Below are positions 1-13,366 of a stretch of 64,000 nt of DNA, piece by piece. Below the pieces are notes generated by a model. That model had not been told where the DNA came from, did no database searches, and saw only the letters and a list, made by a program, of their open reading frames with translations. A program made the position numbers and the translations under genes. Positions within the stretch are counted from its first letter, which is position 1. Each line of letters opens with the position of its first letter. The DNA is taken from NCBI GenBank assembly GCA_013239625.1, contig MU054323.1:7491220-7555219 (forward strand). Reading direction: 5' to 3'. This DNA is from Lama guanicoe. Lineage: Eukaryota.

Positions 1-2451
1 CACACTAGATTATAATGCTAATGAGCGGCTGCTAACAGAGGCTGTAAAATCTGCTTAATTAGAATACATATGAAATACACAAATACATGTATTCATGTGC
101 CAGGCAATTTTTGCCAAATTTTATTCAATGTTCTGGAAATCAAGGTCCAAACATCCAGAAAATGTCTCATTTCAAAGATACAGTGGGAAGAAAAGTTACT
201 TTGGCATACAGCAGAAGAATATATGTCAGTCCAAGTATAATCAAAGGACATATCCAGGCAAGAAATATTCTTGCTATTTTGAAAATCGGCAATAACATAA
301 TCCCTTTCTACCCTACTTCCCTCTCCCTCTGTGAACCACAGAGATGGCGGCGCAGTGTCCCATAAAGTACTATCAACCGTATCTCCTGCAACATTGATTG
401 AAAAAATGCACCTGTTCCCTCTCTCACTTCCTCTCCCTAACTCTCCTCTCTACTCACTCAGGTTTCCCTTTCATAAAGACAGGCAGCAGGCTTATTTACA
501 AGAATATGTATTGCATTGGTGTTCATAATAGCAAAAAGTTGGAAACAACCTAAAAGTCCAAAAATGGGAAATTGATTATATAAACTATGCGATATTTATG
601 CCATAGAATAGCATGCATCTACCAAAAATTATATTATGGAACCTTTCTTTATTATGTAAAATATTAGTCAAGGCTATTAAATTTGTATGTTTAATGTGAA
701 AAAATTTTTTGCCTACTTTTCACAATAAAGGATGTGGATTTATGTAATTTATAATTTAGTAGCTTTAAAAACATCAAAAATTAAAAGCATTTATAAGTCA
801 ATTCAACAGAATGCATCGACCGGAATAGTTAAAATTCAGTGACTGACACCAAATGTTGGTCAAATTTGGAGCAACCAGAAATCTCATATAAGCCACTTTG
901 GAGAAGCCCTGGTGTTTTCTTATAACCCTAAACAGATACCTACCCATGACCTAGCAATTCTGCTCCTAGGTTTTTCCCAAGAGAAATAACAATTTCACTA
1001 AAGGAAGGTCCTTCTGCAGGATTTTCAGCTTCTTTATTAAAATAGTCATACTTTCTCTTTAATTATGGTCATTTCTTTTTCAGCCCAGAACACGAACATG
1101 CTGGGGGAAACTACATATAAACCAACAACGCAAACCCCTCTTTACACCGACACCGCTCTCTACTGAGGGTGCACAGGCTAACGCACACCAAGGGAATACA
1201 TACACAGGAAAACAAACTGCACGGGAAAAGCTCATTTTCAGAAGAAAAAAACCCAAAATTTGTTGAATTTAACTTGTTGCATGAAACTTTGTCCAAACTG
1301 TCTTTCTCTTTCTTTTTTCTTCTTTGGTCATTCTATCAGTAGCTTGTATTTCTTTTGCAATAAGCTTTTCGACTTTTCCAAATTTGGCATATTATCAAAA
1401 CAAGGCTGAATTGTTTAAATAAGAATCTGAAGCAGGTAAAAAGCACCAATCAGGTGGTGAGTTCAAAGGCCTCACAAAAAAGGTAACATGTAGAATCCTA
1501 GACAGAAGTCTTAGAAGAAGAATTCCAACTTCTAGAAGATAGAATTAACAATTGGAATTTTTTAAATCCTCTTTAACATTTTAAACTGTCACTCCAATTT
1601 AGATTCTCATTTTAGTACTCACGTTACAATTCAATCAAAGATTACTTTAGGTTTAGTGCACCACAGAATTATCATCCATTGGTGAAATGTTCTACACTGA
1701 TACTTCCTTGTATAAGTTCCCTTCCCCGTCCTGACACTGCTTTACTTAATAGTAGCATTCCAGAACTTGATCAAATTTTAGCCTGACCTCCAGGAAGCAT
1801 CTGTGTGAAAAGCCACACGAACATCACATACAAAATTCCCCCAGAGCCCTGTGGAGGCAGCCGGTCGATGTGATGGCACTAATAAAGCAGCAGCAGTGAG
1901 ATGAGTTCTAAATGAAAAATCGTTGTGGTATCTTCATCCTACTCATCCTCACTTGTATCTCTGTAGGGCATTTTAAGACCTGCAGCACATTTGTGGACCA
2001 GTATATGTTTGGACAGCCTCAAATCCTTCGAAAATGCACGTTTATTTGGGGGAAAATGCAAACTATGCTCTACTAGAATAATTGAAGCATAGATACTTTT
2101 AATTTGCTAAAAGCTGATATTGCCATTTATGCTGAGAGAAAAAATAATGTATAGAGACAAATTTCCACAAAAGCAACCAGCCAAAGTGTGTACAAATTTG
2201 GGAAGAACATCGCTTCAGAAGTTACTAAAAATAACTCTCTCGTACTGTGGGCTCCGCCTTCAGTGCTAAAGGTGAGTAATCTCTAGACAAACTGTAAAAT
2301 ATTATTTGGAAGTCTGAATTCAGACAAACACGAGTTCTTAATTTTAAATGTAAAAAGGGATATGTGCGTGTTCTTTTTTTTTGTTATTGAGCTGTATGAG
2401 ATGTTTGTGTATTTATTTCTGCTTATCTTTTTTTACCCACTAGGTTTTAAA

Positions 2452-2545
2452 TTTTTTTAAAAATCTTTTTCCTCTAACAGAGGCACTGAGGATTGAACCC
2501 GGGACCCTGCACACACCAAGCACTGAACTGTACCCTCAGCCCCCC
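2452..2545 (-). mobile_element. Vic-1-like SINE with internal deletion
   Basis: gaggcactgaggattgaacccgggacc...ctgtaccctc; imperfect TSD tacccactagg/tacccattag. Confidence 0.75.
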
Positions 2546-3254
2546 TACCCATTAGTTTTAACATAGATTTTTTTTTTCTTAATTCCCTGCTTTCTCAAAC
2601 TTTCTAAGTCTAGTGTGAAGCTTCTTTATCTCATCTCTACCCGAAAAAAAACAAATGCTACAGCCAGCATCCACTCTGCTCTAAGTCCTTGGAGGTATAG
2701 TTTTAATCTCAGGAATACACTCACACCAGCCTCTAGAGCAGGACCACAAAAGGACACCCACAAATAAAAAGGAAACCAACTCTATCTTCCATAGAAAATG
2801 CACATTGAGGGATTCTGAGCCGGCAGCTGAGAGCTGCACAGTGTTCCTTGTCTTCAGTGCTCAGGAAACAATGATCCAGTATTGTACTGAGGTTTATATC
2901 AAAATTGCGATATTTCACAGTTGAAAAACTCATTAGGGAGAGGAATATATGTCCAGTGGCAGTAATATAATCACTTCATCCTAAATATTTTTTCTTGAAA
3001 TGTTTAGTAATTTAAAATATTTCAAATGTTATCCTTTTTTCAGAGAAGACTCCTCCCCACTCCCAAAAAAGAGTCCTCAGGTGAATTTTTTTATCCCCAA
3101 TCTTTTCCACATCCCCTCCCTTGACTTAAAGCTCTTTTTCCTCCCCAGCTCTAGACCTATATCCCTAGACTGAAGCAATCTGGTGAAATCTGACAGAAGG
3201 TGGAGGAGGGGATGGGAGCTCCTCAAGTCCTAGATTCTAGAAAACTGTCCTTAC

Positions 3255-3409
3255 CTGCTGTGGAAAACAGGTGCGGACTGAGTGCTCTGTGTAACCAAAA
3301 GATGGCCCTTCAAAGACAGCTGTTGGGAGCTTCAGCACTTCCTTCAGAAACTGGTCAAACTTGCTAAATATCATTAAGCCATTGGAATCTGACATCTGGG
3401 AGAAAACAT
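3255..3409 (-). CDS. DTNB: Beta-dystrobrevin coding exon 5, 155 nt; (Y)[51 protein letters not shown]
   Basis: Contained in ORF 3237..3458(-). Acceptor ttctcatag|AT, donor CAG|gtaagg. Cumulative CDS is 603 nt = 201 codons. Confidence 0.97.
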
Positions 3410-3954
3410 CTATGAGAACAAAACCAAATAAAGTCAAACTGTAAAAACAAAAAATCAACTTTTAATAAACAGCTCTATGTCATTTGTATACCAGTCCAAA
3501 AGTATCATTACAAAGCATCATAAAGTTAATACGATTTTTAGTTAACAGGTATTTTCATTCGCTGTGTGGTTACTCTGCTGGTGAGGCCCCTCTGCCCCAC
3601 CCACTTAAAAGTCTACCTGAACTTCAAATCCAATAAACATCCACACAGGACTACCTCCCTACTCTTTCTGAGTGTACCTAACTGAATGATATATAACTTT
3701 TATTTTATTTATTTATACCTCACTTTGTTCCAAGAAGAATTTGTAGCAGCTGTCTTTCTCACTTACATTTACATACGCATTTATATAAGACATGTACATG
3801 TTTGAGTGTATGAATACATTTACACATTGGTGATGGGGGATGAAAGAAACTGTACTATATTTGTATGTTCATATATTAATGATGTAATGTATTTCTGTAC
3901 AGGAAAATAAATCTCAAGGAAGCATATAACTTGTTTATTTAAAATAATCCATTT

Positions 3955-4110
3955 GGGGGGGAGGGTATAGCTCAAGTGGTAGAGCACATACTTAGCATGC
4001 ACGAGGCCCTGGGTTCAAACCCCTGTACCTCCATTAAAAAAAAAGAACAACTAATAATAAACAGACCTAATGACAGCCTCCCTCAAAAAAAAATTAAAAA
4101 TTAAAATTAG
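3955..4110 (+). mobile_element. tRNA-Ala(AGC)-derived camelid SINE (Vic-1-like)
   Basis: ggggagggtatagctcaagtggtagagcacatacttagcatgcacgaggccctgggttcaaacccctgtacctcca followed by a bipartite A-rich tail. Confidence 0.9.
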
Positions 4111-5079
4111 AAAAATTCCATATAGTAAGTTCCAGAGAAGAATTTTTAAAAACTCATAAAAACTCTTCTATCACCAGATACTTTGTTACTATAAGATTCT
4201 GTTTTTACATAAAGTCTGACCCATAGATGGGAAAGACCTTTCCAAAAATACGACTATTTATTTTTTTGCAGAGTTTCCAGTTTCCCGTTAGTTATTCCTC
4301 TCTTCTCACCCAGTTGGGGAGAAAAAGAAAAATAACTAGGAGCTCAAAACAACTTGACAATTATTAACCTAAGCTTTTTTTCAAACTATTCAGCTTTCTT
4401 ACAAACAAATCAGTGAGTTAAATATGCACAAAAAATAATTTCCTGAGGCCTTTCCAAACATGGCATTTTGAAAAATCATATTCTATATATGTACAATGAA
4501 CAGGTATATTAGATATATATGTGATAGATAGATACAAGGTACATATATGCATTACTCTCTAGGTTCAATCTGGTATTTCATCCTAAAGCACTAGGTGTAG
4601 AGAAAAAAATTTTTTTAAACCAATATTTAAAATACATTAATCAAAGAAAGAAAAAATTTAGATTATCAACTCCATAGTATAACTTTTAAGCATTAGAAAA
4701 CAGGAAATTATCAAAGAAATAAAACCGTCTGTACATTCCTCTCATGACAGCTGCTAGGTTGTAGCTGAAGGAAAAATATTAAATACCTATTAGGTGGGAA
4801 AAATCTAACAAGAGGCTAAAAGTATAGTCCTAGTGGAAAGTAAGATGTTCTTACTAAGTGGTCCAAGTACCAAGCACTCTGCTAAATATTTTGAAATACA
4901 GCAAAGAAGTATGATACATGGTTCTTATCCCCCAAGAAAAATTCAGTGTAGCTGGAAAAATAAGATACTTATGAAGCAACGAAGAAGTAAGTCCTAAGCT
5001 GACTCTAAATAGAACAGAAAGAAGAGAAACAAGGTATTTGTTAAACCTCACCATTTGCCAGCAGGCACCACAATGGGTA

Positions 5080-5600
5080 ACTATGGCTGAGTCTGCCTGC
5101 AGCTGCCCAATATTCTTATCTCCTTCCTTAGTAGTAGAACACCAATTTCATTTTCTGCATCAATGCACCCAAGTAAGAGGTTAAATTTTGCGGCCTTCTT
5201 TTAGTAAGTTGTGGTCAGGCAACTAGGTATTTGGCCAGGAAGACTATAAGCAGAAGGGTTGTGAGAGACTTCCAGGAAAGCTGGTTAAAGAAAGCTGACT
5301 ACACTGGGAATACACCCTTTTTTCCTTCCTCTTTTTGCTATTTGTAATGCAGCTATGATTGCTGGAGTTCCCGCAGCCACCTTGGACTATATGGCAATCT
5401 CATTTTTGATGTAGAAATCATACACTAGAATTATAGAAAAAAAAGATATAGAAAGTCTGGATTCCAGATGAACATAAAGCTACCATACCAGCCCCTGGAC
5501 TATATACTCCTGGACTTCTTTTATATAAGAGAAAAATAAACTTCAACTTTGTTTAAAACACTGTTATCCTGGGGTTTTGTTTTCATGTAGTAATCTCCAA
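5080..5600 (+). mobile_element. MaLR LTR (MLT1-like)
   Basis: gcagccaccttggactat...ctccagaacttc-type end: tactcctggacttcttttatataagagaaaaataaacttc...gtttaaaacactg. Confidence 0.65.
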
Positions 5601-5852
5601 TACTAAGTACTACTATACTTCACTAAACATTAGCTCATTTTACTGTCACAAAAAGGTGTGTGTGTGTTTGCACGCACATGTGTATGTACATAATCATTTA
5701 AAATTTTGATAAGGAAACTAGTTTGGAAAGGTTAACCTTCTTAAGGTCGAAAAGTTAGTAAGTGAGTAAATCAAGACTTAAACCCACACTTATCTGACTC
5801 CAAAGAAATTCCATTACACCACACTTCTTCAAATATAGTGTAGAATAGATCT

Positions 5853-5856
<4 letters not shown>

Positions 5857-5894
<38 letters not shown>
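5857..5894. repeat. (CA)19 microsatellite
   Basis: Read directly from the sequence. Confidence 0.97.
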
Positions 5895-5897
<3 letters not shown>

Positions 5898-6021
5898 GCA
5901 GGAATTGTCAAAAAAGAAATTTAGAAGCTTGGCCTTGAAAAACAGGATCTGGAATGATGAGGTCAAAACAGGCTGAGAGTAGGGCTTTGGGAGCACAACC
6001 AGAGATGAGAAGGACAATGAA

Positions 6022-6312
6022 TACAACAAAACAGAAACAGACTCACAGATACAGAGAACAAACTAGTCGTTACCAGTGGAGAGAGGAAAGGGAGGTACGC
6101 AAGATGAGGGTTGGAGATTAAGAGGTACAAACTACTATGTATAAAATAAATAAGCTGCAAGGACATATTGTACAGCACAGGGAATACAGTCAATAATTTA
6201 TAATAACTTTAAGTGGAATATAATCTATAATTATTCAATTTTCTGTTGTATACCTGAAACGTATAGCTGAAACCAACATAATACTGTAAATCAACTATAA
6301 TTTTTTTTAAGT
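6022..6312 (+). mobile_element. LINE-1 3'UTR fragment (artiodactyl-type)
   Basis: agaaacagactcacagatacagagaacaaactag...tgtacagcacagggaata...ctgtaaatcaactata. Confidence 0.8.
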
Positions 6313-7107
6313 GGGATAAAAAGTCTCTGTGGCAGGAATTTATAGAGTGTAACTATCAGTGGTAGGAGGCAGGAAACAGTGCATTGAGAACATTCTGACT
6401 ATGATAGACTATGCTGAGAAGTAAAGATAAATAAAGATTGAATTTAGAAAGTATGCTATGAGTGAAAACGCTAAAAGAGGAAACATTTTGAATTTTGTTT
6501 AAAAACGCTCAAGTAGGGAAGAAATATTTTGAAAGCTAGGTTTCAAGAAAATTAGACTGTTAACGACTGGCAAAATGAATAAAAGAGGAAGAACAGGATT
6601 GGAGACATCGGCTAGAAAACCCTGTAAATAATGCACAAGTAAGGAGGTGAGAGTCAGAATTACAAGAGTCACAGTACTTGGGAGGAGGTGGGGTGTCAGT
6701 TCCAAGACATCTTCAATTTCTTGAAGAAAACTGCACTTGATGGCAAAGTAGATTAGGGAATAAAGGAATTTTAAAAATTAAGATTATTCTAAATATATAG
6801 CTCAAAAAAATGCTGACAACCCTGACTGAAATAACCAAACTGAAGATAGATACTTAGCTTTGAACATAAGTATATTTGAACTATTCAGCAAATTTCCAAG
6901 TGGAACCATCCTGCAGGCAGTTAGAAACAGAGTTCAAGACAGCAGACACACAGCTTTGAAGACCGATTACGAATTATGTGAATAAATGATGCCTTTTGAA
7001 GGAGGGAAGAGCATAAAAACTTAATTTTCAAATAGCTGGCTGTTCTTCTTATAACAAGGAAAATAATCATCCTTTTAATCTAAGTGAAAACCAAGGGTCA
7101 ATACGGG

Positions 7108-7520
7108 ATGTGGCGGGCACTGCAAGGTGCCCACTGCTCTGTATCTATTTTCCCATTCTCGCTCTCTAACTGAACGCTGATGTGCTCCCCTTAAAAAATG
7201 ACTTCCCAGCCTCTTTTGCACATTGTAATTCTGGAGTGAATTTGTGGTAAAGCTTTTGTTTTCCTAATAGAGGCATCTCTTTCTTCTTTCTGCTTAAAAT
7301 GGGCATAGAGCAGTCACTGATTATCTTAAGGAGGAAAGACATATGGCAAGCAGGAAGACACAAAGAACCCAAGTCTTTGGTGACATCTCTAAGTCATGGT
7401 ACCAATCTTGAACTTGCCAGCCTTTGGACTTATTTTTACTTGAGAAAAATAAATCCCAATGGTTTTAAGTAATTGCTAGTCAAGTTTTCTGTGGCCACTC
7501 AATGTTTTCATAACTGATAT
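7108..7520 (+). mobile_element. MaLR LTR (MLT1-like)
   Basis: acttcccagcctcttttgca...ggacttatttttacttgagaaaaataaatcc...taactgata. Confidence 0.62.
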
Positions 7521-8462
7521 AAACTAGCAAGTTATTACCTTGTAGCCACTAATGGTAGGAATATTCAAGACTGGAGACTTCAGCTACCAAGTATATCAAT
7601 ACCATGTGTATAGCTTCCACTCACATGAATGTAAGTGTATACATCCACACCAACAAATCTACATCTAACTTCAGAGCAATAAAAGGAGTGATTGGATAGT
7701 GAGATGACTAAGAGTATTAGTTTCAACTATACTTAGCTGCTTTATCATATAATAGATTCAAAGTAGTAAAAAAAAATTTAATTCTTGAAAAAAGAAACTA
7801 TATTCACTATTTAAACTATTAATAGGCCCATATTAAAGTAGTAAAAGAACAAGCAGAAACATGTTTGTTGGTTGGTTTTAAGAGAAATACTGCTAGACCC
7901 CAAAACTGAAGGCACAGTTATTAGAAGTCATTACTTCCTGAGTTACTGATTTAAAACAACAATTTTTTTTTAAGATTAGGCTTCTCTTATCTGTAACAAA
8001 AACACTGAAAAGTGATTGTTAACTTTTTTATCATAAATGAAGCGTAACAATGAATCTAAGTGTGATTCACTACATACATACAAAAAATATCTTACCAAAG
8101 AAACAAATACAAGACAATAAAATTTAATAAAAATACCTAAAAAATGTAACTAGTCCTCTAATTAAATCCCTAAACCCTTCTGACATTAAGGGAATAAATT
8201 ACTTCCCAGATGACTGGTTCACTTCCCCAGTAATTTTTCAATTTATATACCTCTGAAAGAAGGTATGCTAATTTCCCATTAGTTACTTCCAGATAAAAGT
8301 ATAGGCTTTTCTCCTGTGAAAAATCCATAATCAAACCCTTAAAGACACATGTGTATACACTTCTTAAAATATTCTGGCTTTTGTGTAATGGCAAAATAAT
8401 GCTATTATTCTACCATCTTCACATACATATTTTTTTCTCTTGGTGATAATGACCCTGGGGGG

Positions 8463-8620
8463 TTTTTTTATTATTATTTATTATTTTAAAAAATTTGGGG
8501 TGAGGGTTTGGGGGGGTTAATTAGTTTTATTTATTTTTTTTAGAGGAGGTACTGGGAATTGAACCCAGGACTTCATGCATGCTAAGCATGCACTCTACCA
8601 CTTGAGCTGTACCCTCTCCC
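8463..8620 (-). mobile_element. Vic-1-like SINE
   Basis: ggaggtactgggaattgaacccaggacttcatgcatgctaagcatgcactctaccacttgagctgtaccctctccc. Confidence 0.9.
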
Positions 8621-11600
8621 AACCCTGGTTTTACTCATTGCATCTATACATTTATCCATTCCTCTCTGGTCCCCACCTGACCAACCATACACTTCTGCAA
8701 GATGATAGGGCTGTTTACAATAAAGACTCAAGTCTACACATGAAAAGCCATTTTCTTCTATATGTCAGCTTTTCTGGCCAATGACTCATCTCCTCCTGTC
8801 ATCTTTCTACCAACTGAGCAGCCTAACCCACAAAAACATGTGTACACACATCTGCATGTTCATAAATACCTATATGTAACTAAATCCAAGTGTATATGTT
8901 ATTTTCAAACTCATGAATATTCCTACATCATTCATTAAGTCAGAGTGAGGCTGGAGGATGGGAGTCAGCCTGCCTTGGGCTTCTAGTGTTAACTCAGCCA
9001 GGAGCTAGCCAACACTAGTCTCCAGGCCTCCCTCCCTTCTTCATAAAATGCAGATGGAGGACTCACCTCTTACTTACTTCCAGTTCTAAAACATTTTGGT
9101 TATATGAGAAATGTAAATGTGGACAAATACTCAGATTAAAGAGAAACTTCCAGCTAATGAAGCAAAAAGATGATTAACAGAAATGGCCGGGATAATATGC
9201 AGTGACAGGTAGTTAAAAAATAACACAGAGGATGCTAAATTTTGAACAGGTGAAACTGCTTAATTATGACTTCAAAGGTTGGCCCTCTATAGTCTGTTAA
9301 TGAAATACCAAGGAAGCAAACAACTGAAATGTCAGAACTGCCAGTTCTGAGCAAAAACAGCACCTCAGGTCACCTTTCCTCTGACTACGCAAAGTGTAGC
9401 CTATCAAAAACACATGAAAACACAAGTAATATAAATTATTATTATAAAACCATTTTCATGCTACAATCCAGAAAAAAAATACCTAACAGCACTACCATTT
9501 TGATATATTTCTTTCTTTTTATATGTGCATAATAATTTTTTATAAAACTGTATTACATTTATGCATTTTGATCTGAAGCCTATTTTTTAAGGCAGTATAT
9601 TCAGTCATGTGGATATATCGAAGTTTAACTGAGCTCTCACTTTTGGACACTAACGCTGTTTCAAGTTTTCACATGTTATTAAAAATGTTGTAACAAACAT
9701 ACATAAAACCTGGTACACCTCTGATTATTCCTCAGGACACCCTCAAGAAGCAGACTGAGTCACTGGATATAAATATTCTCAAGGCCACCCTGACACACGC
9801 TGTTAGAATGCCCTTCAAAATAGTGGCACCAGTTTTCTAAAGGATTTAAAGATAAATTGCACAAATCATCTGCTCCTATCTTTTACTATCAGACAGATGG
9901 GGTTTGAATAAGAGATTAAGTTTCTTAGAAAACAGCAGAATTAGACAAATAAATCACATAGTTAAATCAGTTGATAATTAGGTATGATTTAACAAATAAT
10001 GTGGGCTTTATTTTTTGGGTTCCTGACATTACTGAGGTTTTATCACACTGATAATTAAAGTCAGTATTCTGATTATAAATCATTAATATCTAGAATCCTG
10101 GTTTCAGTTGCCTCTGAATCTAGGATACAGTCCCTAACAGCCACAACAGTTAACCGCTTATCTATCAATAACACCTGGGGACAGAAACTCTCTTAAGTGA
10201 GACCTGGAAAATCTAATTAAGAAATGTTTCAAACTAAAAGCACAAATATTGGTTAAGTTATTTTAAACGCTACTGTGACACTAAAAAAGGCAAACAAACA
10301 AACAAAAACAGGTCAAGTAAAAGGGAGCAAGGGGAGAAAAAGCAAAAAATTCTAAAATAAGAGATAAAAGGAGAAAGATCAACATAAAAGTAGAAACACT
10401 AAGGCATATTCCATAAATTAGAAAAACCTAATGTAATGGGAACACTAACAGAGGTAAAGAGAAGTGGGGTCAGTGGGAGGATGCAGAAACAAAGAACAAA
10501 GATGAGGGAGTAAGTAGGTAGAAAAAGTGAATAAATGGTCAAATATCATTTGATGTTACAATACAGTGTTAGCTAACTTCTTCTACACAATTATTCACCC
10601 ACCTCAACTAAAGAGGACACAGCTGTGAACTAGAAAGCAAAGGAAAAAAGAATTCTCACAATAGCCAAAACTAACAATCATACTATGAAAGTAAGTGCTT
10701 CTCTCATAATATATGAGTAATTACTTCTGTCCAAACTTTAGTAGAATACTAAGAAGGTTGGTTATATTTTCTCTGTCAGTAGCATATTAAAAATAAATTA
10801 GAAGCAAAGGGAGATTTCTAGAGATTAGTACATAGATAATACCACCACATTTACCAGCAATAAAGGACACGGACACACACACCACCACCATCAACAAAAA
10901 GTTCAACAGCTGAAACAGCACAGCAGTCTGGAAATATGAGAAGGAGGAAAAACCAGGGCCTCACAATCAGCCCTAAATGCATCAGAGAACATCCCTAAAG
11001 GATAAAAAAGTTTAAATTATGGTCAGAGGCACAGACCACATTTAAAGAGGTTTCCACCCTGGATGATTAAAATTAAAAAGTGGAGACAGGCTTCAATACC
11101 TGAAATTTTTACTTACGTTAAGCATTCTCCAGCCAAGATAATTACGGTACAATAAAAATACTGTAACAGAGCTACAGATGGTAAAGGAACCATAATTTTC
11201 AATATGAAGAAGATAAAGAAACCAGATTTTAAATCCATCAGAATAACATAAACATGGTAATTAGCGACCTAGTGTGGCTTGTATTTCATTAATCCATACA
11301 CGATGTGCAATGATCTGGTGTTGAGAACACAATGATGTGTCACATTTGCTGAGGCATGTGTACTTTTGTGCCACTGAATACTGGTCACTTGTGTTCCTCT
11401 AAGAAGTTCAAAAGCCACATTAAAAAATAACAACAAAAAGAAACACCTGCTATCACTTGGATCCCTTCAATACTTCACATAGAACCAGTATTTAAACTTT
11501 TTCACTAATAGTTACAACAGAGAATTACAGTAATTTTAGTTCTCAATCAATAATTAATATTTGGCAAAATTTTGGCACTTACTATGTGCCAGGTACCAGT

Positions 11601-12424
11601 TTTATGTAAATTTAGCAAATTTAATCATGGAAACTTATGAAGCACAGAACTCATCTAGCATATGCAGTTACACAATCAATTTTCTATTTTCAACCAGTTT
11701 CGCCAGTATTAATAAAAATGGCAATGCATATTTCTTTATCTGGGATCATCATTGTTAAAAAAAAAACAACACAATCCCAATTTTCTTTTTCTTTGTGTTT
11801 GAATGAAATATAATCATCTGTATTACATTATCTTCCTCAGAAAAATACCATGCTAGGATTAAGAAAATATTAAGAAATTGCAGTCCAAAAGAATAATATT
11901 TTGAGATACCATGTGAAAAAAGCTCAGAATAGTATTCACATAAAACTGTAATTTTTTTCTACCAAAAATTGGTTTTACGTTGCAGCTGATTTTAAATGAC
12001 ATACCCAGACGACACTGACCAAATATTACCTAAGACCTTTCTTCAGATATCTAAATCCATATCTAGTGAGCCATCTAGCTTTCCAACTTTAAGTAAAAGT
12101 ACAGAAAACAAACACACCTATGAAGCAATCTTGCCTAAAAACTTGTACTTGAATCTGATGAAGCCTCTATATCTTTCAATTAAAACAAAAAATGTAGGGC
12201 ACAGAGGAACATCACGAGGATGCAATCATTGAAATCCAGTGCATGAGAAACACTACAGGACAGATGACCCAGTTTCTTCAACAATCAACTCACAGGGTAT
12301 CTCAATACCTCATTAAAGCCCACAGCTTCACTCTCACATCCCTGAGATCTGCCACAGTTTCTCGCTCCATGGCTACTTGTAAAGTATGGCACTTTGATCA
12401 CAGCTGTGCCTCCCACTACAGGAC

Positions 12425-12650
12425 AAGCATAGTGGAGTACAACACAGTAGCTTAGAACAGGGCTCTGAAGCTACAACCTGAGTTGAAATTCCAGCTTTCC
12501 CCCCTCAGTTAACTCACCCATAAAACAGAGAAAATACCACCTGCCACTCAAAGAAATTTTAAGGATCAGTGAGAAAATAAATGTAAAGCACCTAGCACAA
12601 TGCTTGGTATAGCGTAGGCAGGGATGGACTATCTAGTGACTGAATAAATG
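12425..12650 (+). mobile_element. MIR fragment
   Basis: gcttagaacagggctctgaag...aatgtaaagcacctagcacaatgcttgg. Confidence 0.65.
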
Positions 12651-13280
12651 AAAATGATAAGCAGGAAACCTAAATAATTATGAATTTTATCTCCTTTGAT
12701 TTCATCTAACCACCCTCTAATACTATCTACTGAACAGTAAAATCCCAAAATGGCCAACAGGAAGAAAAACAATTAAGGAAAGATAACTGAATAAATAGGC
12801 TGTCAATTTCTAAATAATTACACTTGACCTTAAGGTACTAAAAAAACAGTTTAATCACAAGAAATACCACCTGATAAAGCATGGCGTGATTAAGAAAAGG
12901 GCTAAACTTGACCAAGCCCAGTGAAAGTAATGACATTTATTTTCCAACTAAAAGTGCTCAACATAATCATCTTCAAGCAAAATTTTTAATAATGTGGGAA
13001 GATCTTTTAATTGTCAACATTATATTCTGAATCTTCTCAGAGTTTTCTTGCTTTAAACTAAAAAAAGAAACACTAACAAATCAATTCAACCAACATTTCC
13101 CTCTGAACAGTAGGTGGCATAATTCACATACTCTAAGCCAGTTGCTGCAAAGTGAGTGATGTGGTAATAAAAAAGCTAATTCAATAGACCATTATCCAAA
13201 ATTCTGAAAACATTCATTTAAAAGTGTTTACAAGTCCTAATTTGAAAATAAAATCTTTCAAATAATACAAAAATACTTAC

Positions 13281-13366
13281 ATCTCAATTTGTCCAGCATT
13301 TTTCCACCACACATGGTTGCTAACATAGCTTTAACTGAAAATACCGTCAACTTGCCTCGGCCCTCA
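13281..13366 (-). CDS. DTNB: Beta-dystrobrevin coding exon 4, 86 nt; (S)[28 protein letters not shown]
   Basis: Acceptor ttattttgcag|T, donor T|gtaagt. Phase 2-1. Manual translation matches the DTNB EF-hand region. Confidence 0.97.

Noticed and set aside
334..356. CTCF-like ccacagagatggcggcg
   Set aside because: The 5' half is out of register with the CTCF consensus; too weak without data.
3820..4002. Recurring ORF peptide MHAKH/YxLYHL (also at 8575 and 16852) suggesting a small gene family
   Set aside because: It is the antisense translation of the SINE head.
3955..4033. Apparent tRNA-Ala(AGC) genes (here and at 8545, 17065, 29758, 40183, 45905, 58680)
   Set aside because: They have extra 5' bases, stem mismatches, A-rich tails and TSDs, and are dispersed copies, so they are SINEs rather than tRNA genes.
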